DNA from: Acidobacteriota bacterium
GTDB lineage: Bacteria > Acidobacteriota > Aminicenantia > Aminicenantales > Aminicenantaceae
Assembly (NCBI GenBank): GCA_030609975.1
Contig: JAUWSR010000002.1
Location: 1-32,655, forward strand
DNA length: 32,655 nucleotides
Direction of reading: 5' to 3'
Of the stretch, positions 19,239 to 26,543 are shown one piece after another (within the stretch, counting starts at the first letter, position 1; each line of letters begins with the position of its first letter). The translations under genes were made by a program, and so were the position numbers. The notes under the pieces are model-generated. The model did not search any database and was not told the origin of the DNA. It was given only the letters and a program-made list of their open reading frames with translations.

Positions 19239-19255
19239 TTGGGGACTGTCCCCAA
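19239..19255. promoter_or_regulatory. Perfect 17-bp palindrome TTGGGGACTGTCCCCAA, copy 2
   Basis: I read it directly. It lies 30 nt after the HAD stop and 26 nt before the symporter ATG at 19281. Confidence 0.6.
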
Positions 19256-19280
19256 ATGCACAAATGCAGATGGAGAGATC

Positions 19281-21071
19281 ATGGTACTACAAGCGATCGA
19301 TTGGGCTTTTATCATTGGATTTTTTGTTTTCTCCCTCATTGTGGGCTTGGCGGTTACCAAGCGTGCCGGATCCAGCGCCACCGAATTCTTTCTCTCCGGC
19401 CGGAATATGCCCTGGTGGCTGTTGGGCGTGTCCATGGTGGCCACCACTTTTTCCACGGATACACCCAACCTGGTGACGGATATTGTCAGGCAGAATGGTG
19501 TGGCGGGAAACTGGGTGTGGTGGGCCTTCCTGCTGACAGCTATGCTCACGGTTTTTGTGTATGCCAAGCTGTGGCGTCGCTCCCAGGTTGTCACCGACCT
19601 CGAATTCTACGAGCTCCGTTATTCCGGCAAGCCTGCCGCATTCTTACGCGGCTTTAGAGCGCTTTACCTCGGCATCTTTTTTAACGTGCTGATCATGGCC
19701 ACCGTATCTCTGGCCATCATCAAGATAGCAGGAGTCATGCTCAAGCTGACCCCTTTGCAGACACTCCTGATCGCCTGCGTGGTGACCACTCTCTACAGCA
19801 CCTTAGGCGGCCTCCGCGGGGTTCTCATCACGGATTTTTTCCAGTTCGGAATAGCCATGATCGGTTCCGTGGGAGCGGCCATTGTGGCTCTCAGGCTTCC
19901 CCAAGTAGGCGGCCTCGGTTCTTTGCTCACGAATGAGAATGTGGCGGGTAAGCTCAGCTTGCTCCCGGATTTTAACAATTTTGAGATACTGGTCCCACTG
20001 TTTATTCTGCCCCTGGCCGTGCAGTGGTGGAGCGTGTGGTATCCTGGAGCGGAGCCTGGAGGCGGAGGATACATCGCACAGCGGATGCTGTCAGCCCGCT
20101 CGGAAAAGCATGCCGTGGGCGCCACCTTCCTGTTCACGGCCACCCACTATGCCTTGCGTCCCTGGCCCTGGATCATTGTGGCTCTCTGCAGCCTGGCGGT
20201 CTTCCCCAACCTGGAGTCTTTACAGGCCGCCTTTCCCCACGTCGATCCCAGTGTGATGAGGCACGATCTGGCTTACCCCGCTATGTTGACCTTTCTCCCC
20301 GCCGGACTGTTGGGATTGGTCGTGGCTTCACTGATCGCGGCCTTCATGTCCACCATTTCCACCCATCTCAACTGGGGCTCTTCTTATATTGTCAACGATT
20401 TTTATAAGCGCTTCCTCAATCCGGAGGCAAGCGAAAAACAACAGGTCCGGGTAGGCCGGATCTCAACGGTCGTGTTGATGCTGCTCGCCTGTGCCTTAGC
20501 TTTACTTCTGAGCAATGCTCTTCAGGCTTTTAACATTCTGCTGCAGGTGGGGGCGGGAACCGGGCTGATCTTTATCCTGCGTTGGTTTTGGTGGCGGATC
20601 AATCCCTACAGTGAGCTCACAGCCATGGTCGTGTCATTCTTGATCGCTCTCTACCTACAGGCCATCCATCCCCGGCTGGGGCTGCCGATATTGGCCAACC
20701 ACATCCAGCTCCTGCTGGGAGTGGGGATCACCACGGTGTGTTGGGTCGCGGTCACTCTCTTGACCAAGCCTTCAGACGCCCCGACGCTGCGCTCCTTCTA
20801 CCGTCTGGTAAAACCAGGAGGACCGGGTTGGGAAAAAGTGATCGCGGCTGCTGCGCTGGACAATGATCCGGTGGAAGAGCCCGGTCAGGGATGGGATGTT
20901 CCGGCAGGAGTTGTGTGTATGGCGCTGGGCTGCCTGGCGATCTACAGTGCGCTCTTTGCCATCGGCTCCTGGATCTACGGGAGGAGTTCTTTGGCGGCGG
21001 TCTTGACGGCTATAGCCGTGGTCTCCATGTATACTCTGGTGATTGCCTGGAAAAAGTTGAGAATTTTTTAG
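19281..21071 (+). CDS. Sodium:solute symporter family (SSF) transporter
   Basis: It is polytopic throughout, with the SSF-typical GGGYIAQRMLSARSEKHA and a LAVTKRAGSSATEFFLSGRNMPWW N-terminal block. I moved the start from TTG 19239, which lies inside the palindrome, to ATG 19281, which is preceded by GGAGAG. Confidence 0.8.
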   Translation: MVLQAIDWAFIIGFFVFSLIVGLAVTKRAGSSATEFFLSGRNMPWWLLGVSMVATTFSTDTPNLVTDIVRQNGVAGNWVWWAFLLTAMLTVFVYAKLWRRSQVVTDLEFYELRYSGKPAAFLRGFRALYLGIFFNVLIMATVSLAIIKIAGVMLKLTPLQTLLIACVVTTLYSTLGGLRGVLITDFFQFGIAMIGSVGAAIVALRLPQVGGLGSLLTNENVAGKLSLLPDFNNFEILVPLFILPLAVQWWSVWYPGAEPGGGGYIAQRMLSARSEKHAVGATFLFTATHYALRPWPWIIVALCSLAVFPNLESLQAAFPHVDPSVMRHDLAYPAMLTFLPAGLLGLVVASLIAAFMSTISTHLNWGSSYIVNDFYKRFLNPEASEKQQVRVGRISTVVLMLLACALALLLSNALQAFNILLQVGAGTGLIFILRWFWWRINPYSELTAMVVSFLIALYLQAIHPRLGLPILANHIQLLLGVGITTVCWVAVTLLTKPSDAPTLRSFYRLVKPGGPGWEKVIAAAALDNDPVEEPGQGWDVPAGVVCMALGCLAIYSALFAIGSWIYGRSSLAAVLTAIAVVSMYTLVIAWKKLRIF

Positions 21072-21140
21072 GGGACGGTTCTATTTATTTTGTGATAAGG
21101 TTGATCGTTAAATATGGCTAAAATAAATAGAACCGTCCCC
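21071..21140. repeat. Perfect 21-bp inverted repeat (21071-21091 / 21120-21140) enclosing the permease start codon in a 28-nt loop
   Basis: The left arm is GGGGACGGTTCTATTTATTTT and the right arm is AAAATAAATAGAACCGTCCCC. The left arm begins at the last base of the symporter stop codon. The right arm covers codons 3-9 of the permease. Confidence 0.8.
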
Positions 21141-22466
21141 AATAAAGGACCGTCCCCAATAATTGAATTAAAAAAAGAATTTACACTTTATGGCCTCACC
21201 ATGGTGGCTATCGGTTCTTGTATCGGATCAGGCATCTTTCTCACTCCCTCCCAGATCGCCGGTCACCTGCCCACCCCCCTTCTGATTCTTTTGGTATGGG
21301 CTATCGGCGGAGTCATAGCACTCACCGGGGCCCTGACCTTTGCCGAACTGGGATCCATGTTCCCTCAGGCAGGAGGCGTTTATGTCTATCTCAAAGAAGC
21401 CTACGGAGACCTGTTTGGTTTTATGTATGGCTGGGTCTATCTGGTGGTCATTACCTCCGGAGCCAATGCGGCCCTGAGCATCGCCTGCGCCTACTATCTT
21501 GCCTTCATCTTCCCTTTGAGCCAGACCGGGATCAAGCTTGCAGCCATCGGGGCCTTGATCGTAGTTACCATCATCAACATCGTGCGAGTCAAGGCCGCCG
21601 AGATCTTTGCCAGTGTCTTCACCAGCCTGAAGCTCCTGGGCGTGGGAGCCATCATCGTGATCGGGATCGTATTCGGCAAGCAGGAGTTCAGTTTTTTTGA
21701 ATCCCAAGCCGGGGCTCCCTCCGGGAGTCTGCTGTCCGCCTTCGGTCTGGCGATGATCGGAGTGCTCTGGTCCTACGGGGGCTGGCAGCATGCCTCTTTT
21801 GTGGCGGGTGAAGCCAAAGATGCCTGCCGCATGGTCCCCCGCGCTATGATCCTGGGTGCTATCGTGGTATCTGTGGTCTATCTTTTGGCCAACCTGGCTT
21901 ATCTCTTCCTGCTTCCGGTGGAAGCCATCGCCTCCTCCCAGAGCCTGGCGGCCGATGCCGTCTCCACCATCCTGCCCTTCGGGGGAGTGCTTATTGCAGT
22001 GCTCATTGCGATTTCCACCTTTGGCACCTTGGGAATCTACACGCTCTCTGCGCCTCGCATCTATTATGCCATGTCGCGAGACGGTCTCTTTTTTAAAAAA
22101 CTTGCCTATGTCCATCCCCGCTTCCGGACCCCCATCTATGCCATTTTGGCCCAGTCTGTTTGGGCCGTGGTCCTGCTGCTTTTTTGGGGAACTTTCGAGG
22201 ATCTCATCACCTATGTCGTCTTCACTGATTGGATCTTTTTTGGTTTGACTGCCGTGGGAATCTTTATTTTTCGGCGTACCCGCAAGGACATGCCGCGGCC
22301 TTATAGGACTCTGGGTTATCCGATCGTCCCTCTGATATTTATCACCATTACCTTTGGATTTGTGATCAATGCCTTGATCGCAAAACCCGTTCATGCCTGG
22401 GCGGGACTGATCCTGATGGTCGTAGCCCTGCCTATATATTTTTCCTTCAAACGCCGGTCCAATTGA
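21114..22466 (+). CDS. APC-superfamily amino-acid permease
   Basis: The TM1 signature is LTMVAIGSCIGSGIFLTPSQIA, and about 12 hydrophobic segments are present. The length is 450 aa. The only in-frame start that preserves TM1 is ATG 21114. Confidence 0.85.
   Translation: MAKINRTVPNKGPSPIIELKKEFTLYGLTMVAIGSCIGSGIFLTPSQIAGHLPTPLLILLVWAIGGVIALTGALTFAELGSMFPQAGGVYVYLKEAYGDLFGFMYGWVYLVVITSGANAALSIACAYYLAFIFPLSQTGIKLAAIGALIVVTIINIVRVKAAEIFASVFTSLKLLGVGAIIVIGIVFGKQEFSFFESQAGAPSGSLLSAFGLAMIGVLWSYGGWQHASFVAGEAKDACRMVPRAMILGAIVVSVVYLLANLAYLFLLPVEAIASSQSLAADAVSTILPFGGVLIAVLIAISTFGTLGIYTLSAPRIYYAMSRDGLFFKKLAYVHPRFRTPIYAILAQSVWAVVLLLFWGTFEDLITYVVFTDWIFFGLTAVGIFIFRRTRKDMPRPYRTLGYPIVPLIFITITFGFVINALIAKPVHAWAGLILMVVALPIYFSFKRRSN
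21132..21162 (+). repeat. Direct repeat ACCGTCCCCAATAA (21132-21145 and 21149-21162) carrying the GTCCCCAA half-site twice
   Basis: I read it directly. Both copies lie within the first 17 codons of the permease ORF. Confidence 0.7.
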
Positions 22467-22491
22467 CCCTGATGAGTACCTGTGTTATAAA
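22463..22491 (+). promoter_or_regulatory. Candidate sigma70-type promoter (TTGACC-17-TATAAA) upstream of the 1330-aa ORF
   Basis: The -35 element at 22463-22468 overlaps the permease stop codon. The -10 is at 22486-22491, about 60 nt upstream of TTG 22551. Confidence 0.4.
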
Positions 22492-22550
22492 ACTTATCCC
22501 CAGAGGATTGCTGCAGTGAAACAAGAGATCAGCATGAAGAGAGAGAAGCC

Positions 22551-25500
22551 TTGAAAGACCCATTGAAGATTTCCTGGTCTTTTCTTTTTTCGCTGGCGCT
22601 CTTGACTGTGAGTCTGGCTGCGTTCACTCAGATCCTCTTCTATGTGCGGTATGAATCGTCTTATGACAGGTTTCATACCCAACATAAAGCTATCTATCGT
22701 GTTGAGGGGGAGCTGGTTCTGGAAACCGGCGCAAGTTACAAGCAGGCCACCACTCCCATGCCGCTCGCCCCTGTGCTGGTTGAGGAATTCAGCGAGATCA
22801 CACATGCCGTACGCTTCACTCGCCCCTATCCCAAGACGATCCTTTCCTCAGGGGAAAACCTCAAGTTCAGCGAGCGAGGTGGGATATGGGCGGATGCGTC
22901 CTTTTTTGAGATCTTCACCTTCCCTTTTATTTCTGGAAATGCGGAAACAGCGCTCTCGCAGCCGGGCTCTATCGTTTTGACGCGCTCGTTGTCCGAGAAG
23001 TACTTCCCGGACAGTGATGCCGTTGGACAGATCCTCAAGATCAATAATCTTACGGATTACTTGGTGACCGGAGTGGTGCAGAACGTCCCCCTCAGGTCTC
23101 ACTTTAGGTTTGATTTTATCGTCTCCTCGGATTTCTCCGGCAGAGTTGTAGGCAGCTGGCAATCCAGTACGGTCTTCACTTATATCCTGCTGCAGGCCCC
23201 GGCGAAAAATCCGTTAGAGGAAAAACTCAGCCGGGTGTTAGCTGACCATGGAGCCGGCGGCAACAAGCTTCTCCACTTGAAGCCTCTGACTCAAATCCAT
23301 CTTGGCTCCGATGTGCGCTTCGAATTTGAACACAATCAAACCAAAGGCATGATCGTGCTTTATCTGTGTTTGGCAGTCCTTCTCCTGATCCTGGCGGGCA
23401 TGAATCTGACAAATCTCTTTTTGTCCCAGGCTTCAGCTCCTGATCTTAAAGCCCTGCTGCGCCGTACCGTCCTTCTCGCTCTTCCTTCTGGGATTTTTGC
23501 ATCTCTACTGGCCGTTTTTTTTCTCCCGAGCTTTGGTCACCTGGTTCAGCTGCAGTGGGAGATCGTTTTGACGCGTTCCCTGTCCATGGTGCTGGCATCT
23601 CTTCTGGTGGCGTGGGCTCTGTGTTTGGGGACCGCCTTTTTTGCCAATCTGCTCCGAAAGACTTCGGCAGCTTCCCCTCAAGAGGACGAATCCGACCGAA
23701 GGCGGGAAGACGTTCTTTGGTTTAAAAGGCTGACTGTGGTGTTCAGCTTCTTTGTCGTATCCGTGCTGCTGCTTGCCGCGCTCCTTATCTTTCGTCAGTT
23801 TCAGCATCTGGAAAAGCAGGATTGGGGCATGCCGGACGGCCAGATAAAGATCATGGACCTTTCCAGTGTCAGCACAGAGAAGGAAAATCGTACTGCGCTT
23901 TTTCGGAACGAGTTGCTAAGAAATCCCAACGTTCTCAGCGTGACCAACGCCTTAAGCCTGCCTTTTACGCTGCATGGAACCTCGACTGCATCCATGAACG
24001 CGGTTGCCCCGGATCATGAGATCTTGGTCGACATAAATTTTGTGGATGAAGGATTTGTGGATACCTTTGGACTGGAATATCTTGAAGGGGGCGGCAACAC
24101 TGCCGTGCCGGAAGGAGTTTGGATCTGTATTTTTAATGAGAGCGCGGCGCGAGCTTTTCTCCCTGAACAAGAGATCCCTGAGTACAGTGACCTTGTAGGA
24201 AAAGAGGTGAGATTCAGCGGCAACGCTTTCTCCACCGTGATTGGTGTGGTCAAAGACTTTCCCATTTCTTATAAAAAGGACCGTATCGAACCTCTGATCC
24301 TGATTTCTCAGCAGGGACGATTCTCCTCGCATCCTCAGGTTGCTATCAGGCTGTACACCGCAGGAGTCCCAACCACACTTGAATTTATCCAGAATCGGTT
24401 TGAATTCATTTTTCCTGAGGATGTATTCGAGATTTGGTCTTTTTCGGATACATCCCAAGGTTTTTTTCGAGCTGAACAGGTTCATGCGCGTATCTTATTT
24501 TATGTTTCTTTGGCAGCCCTCTGTCTGGCGCTCTTGGGTTTGGGCGGCATGGAGGTGTCCGGTCCTTCGTGGCAGAGAGAAAACAAGATCAGCCTGATCC
24601 TGGCGGGAAACCTGATCGCATGGCCTCTGGTATATCTGGCGGTCGAGTCCTGGTTGGGCCGCTTTGCCTTGAAAGCCGAGATTCCTCTCTGGCTGTTCCT
24701 GGCCTCGGGTCTAGTTCTTTTGCTCCTGGCCTTGTTGATTGTCAATGTACGCATGATTCCCTACTGGCTGCGGGGGATCAAGTGGGTGATTTTTTATCTG
24801 TGTACCTGGTTGATCATCGAGCCCCGCTTTATCTACAGTGGCTTTGGCATTATGCAAGAGATGCCCGCCTTTCGACCTGAGGATTCCCTGCTCCAAGCCC
24901 TTGTGGAGAGGCCGGGAGGGATGATCGAGACGCTGTCAGGCTTTTTATCCCAGTTTTACTATATTCCCTGGGTGGGAGCCTTGATTATCACTGTGGTTGC
25001 CTGGGCGCTCAGTTTGTGTTTAGGGCAGCTGCTCCTGCGGGTAACAGGCAAGCGTTCCAGATTCTTTCGTTATGTGCCGGCTCTGCTTGTCTTCATGCTC
25101 TCTAACCAGTACGAACATGTGTTGGCAATGGCCCTGGCGCTGCTGGTCGTCCTCCTTTCCGCCTGTGGATTTGATAGACTTCCCCTTTCCCGTAGCAAAG
25201 CTAAAGCGGCTCTTTTTGTCCTGTTTTTTGTCGGTCTTTATCTCTTAGCGGGCAGTGCGTGTTTGATATTTGCGGCTGTAGCTGTGCTGTTTGTTGTCTT
25301 TCAACATCGGGATTACATCTTGGCGGGTGGAATGAGTCTTTTGTCTTTGCTGCTGTGCTTTGTTTTGCATATGCTTTTATTTGATACGGGCGTTGTGCCT
25401 TTTTTTGGTGATCTTCCAGCTATGCTTTTGGGGAAAACCACGTCCTTGGTAACCCTGCTCCGAGTGTGTCTGTTCCTGGCCGTCCCGGTGATATTGGCAG

Positions 25501-26543
25501 CCTGGTTTTTAGGCAAATCGCTGGGTTTCCACAAATTCTCTCTGCCCCGTGTCAGGTTATGGTCGGCTGCCGGTTTGACTCTGCTGTTTATCCTTACGGT
25601 ATGGATATCTTCAAATCCTGAACAAAAGATGCTGCATAAGATGATCCACTATGCCAGGCATGAGAATTGGTCCCAGATCCTGGAGCAAGCGCGGGAAATG
25701 CCGAGGGGTTTGTACAATATGTACATGAATTATCAGACCAATCGTGCCCTATACCATACCGGCCGCTTAGGAGATGAGATGTTCGTTTTTGTCCAGGATA
25801 TGGAGGCCCAAGCTCTGATCGCTTTGGAAGATGAGCGCTATGTCATGCGGGATATCGCCATCTCCGATATCACCTCGGATATGGGGGCGTTGAATATATC
25901 CGAACATCTTTCTCATGAACTCATGGAGGTTTCGGGAACCAGCCCGTTTCTAGCAGAGCGATTATTTTGGATAAATTTTGGAAAAAAACAGTATGAGAAC
26001 GGTCGTATTTTTTTGAATGCTTTTTCGAGAGATATTGTCCACGGAGACAGAGGCCGCGACGTGTTGCGAAGATTAGAAGTCGATCCTCAATTGACCGGAT
26101 CCGGGAAGGTCAGATATCTGAACTCCGTAGTGCTGGAAACGGACTATGCCAACATCGATGTTGAAACCCTGCTGCTGGCCTTGCTGGAGAAAAACAGGTA
26201 TAACCGGATGGCCTTTGAATATCTTATGGGCTACTATCTCATGACGAGGCAGGTGGACAAGGTGGTCGAGAATCTGGGCCGCTTGGATGACTTCGGCTAC
26301 ACAGAGATCCCTATCCATTATGAGGAAGCCATCTATTTGTATGCTTTAAATACCGGAGAGGATATCGAGCTGGGATGGCGCAGTATAAGGCCCGATACCA
26401 TCCGGCGTTTTGAGGCATTTGCCCGCATCATGGCCGATGTCAACCGGCCCAGTCAACAGGAGGCGTTGTTGAATCTTGCCCGGGAGCATCCCGGCAGTTA
26501 TTTCATCTATTACTCCTTCGACAGATCCGGGGTGATCGAATGA
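22551..26543 (+). CDS. Fusion protein. The N-terminal approx. 740 aa are a degenerate duplicated MacB-periplasmic-domain/FtsX-like permease. The C-terminal approx. 590 aa are a polytopic membrane domain plus a helical-repeat domain (DUF6057-like from memory only).
   Basis: It is a single open frame with a TTG start. FtsX-type blocks are YDRFH, NELLRNPNVLSV, VDEGFVDTFGLEYLEGG and LIAWPLVYLAVESWLGRFALKAEIPLWLFLASG, which parallels the fragment at 31977-32312. The KEIGIRKxLGA-type cytoplasmic motif is absent from both modules. After about 24774 there are further TM helices (FLSQFYYIPWVGALIITVVAW...) and then a soluble helical C-terminus. Confidence 0.6.
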   Translation: MKDPLKISWSFLFSLALLTVSLAAFTQILFYVRYESSYDRFHTQHKAIYRVEGELVLETGASYKQATTPMPLAPVLVEEFSEITHAVRFTRPYPKTILSSGENLKFSERGGIWADASFFEIFTFPFISGNAETALSQPGSIVLTRSLSEKYFPDSDAVGQILKINNLTDYLVTGVVQNVPLRSHFRFDFIVSSDFSGRVVGSWQSSTVFTYILLQAPAKNPLEEKLSRVLADHGAGGNKLLHLKPLTQIHLGSDVRFEFEHNQTKGMIVLYLCLAVLLLILAGMNLTNLFLSQASAPDLKALLRRTVLLALPSGIFASLLAVFFLPSFGHLVQLQWEIVLTRSLSMVLASLLVAWALCLGTAFFANLLRKTSAASPQEDESDRRREDVLWFKRLTVVFSFFVVSVLLLAALLIFRQFQHLEKQDWGMPDGQIKIMDLSSVSTEKENRTALFRNELLRNPNVLSVTNALSLPFTLHGTSTASMNAVAPDHEILVDINFVDEGFVDTFGLEYLEGGGNTAVPEGVWICIFNESAARAFLPEQEIPEYSDLVGKEVRFSGNAFSTVIGVVKDFPISYKKDRIEPLILISQQGRFSSHPQVAIRLYTAGVPTTLEFIQNRFEFIFPEDVFEIWSFSDTSQGFFRAEQVHARILFYVSLAALCLALLGLGGMEVSGPSWQRENKISLILAGNLIAWPLVYLAVESWLGRFALKAEIPLWLFLASGLVLLLLALLIVNVRMIPYWLRGIKWVIFYLCTWLIIEPRFIYSGFGIMQEMPAFRPEDSLLQALVERPGGMIETLSGFLSQFYYIPWVGALIITVVAWALSLCLGQLLLRVTGKRSRFFRYVPALLVFMLSNQYEHVLAMALALLVVLLSACGFDRLPLSRSKAKAALFVLFFVGLYLLAGSACLIFAAVAVLFVVFQHRDYILAGGMSLLSLLLCFVLHMLLFDTGVVPFFGDLPAMLLGKTTSLVTLLRVCLFLAVPVILAAWFLGKSLGFHKFSLPRVRLWSAAGLTLLFILTVWISSNPEQKMLHKMIHYARHENWSQILEQAREMPRGLYNMYMNYQTNRALYHTGRLGDEMFVFVQDMEAQALIALEDERYVMRDIAISDITSDMGALNISEHLSHELMEVSGTSPFLAERLFWINFGKKQYENGRIFLNAFSRDIVHGDRGRDVLRRLEVDPQLTGSGKVRYLNSVVLETDYANIDVETLLLALLEKNRYNRMAFEYLMGYYLMTRQVDKVVENLGRLDDFGYTEIPIHYEEAIYLYALNTGEDIELGWRSIRPDTIRRFEAFARIMADVNRPSQQEALLNLAREHPGSYFIYYSFDRSGVIE

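Noticed and set aside
22534-22554. The mini-frame ATG AAG AGA GAG AAG CCT TGA just upstream of, and overlapping, the TTG start of the 1330-aa ORF. It could be the original start, lost through a frameshift.
   Set aside because: This cannot be decided from the sequence alone. The TTG start already gives an N-terminus that parallels FtsX proteins (LKISW...), and there is no extra homology in the short upstream frame.
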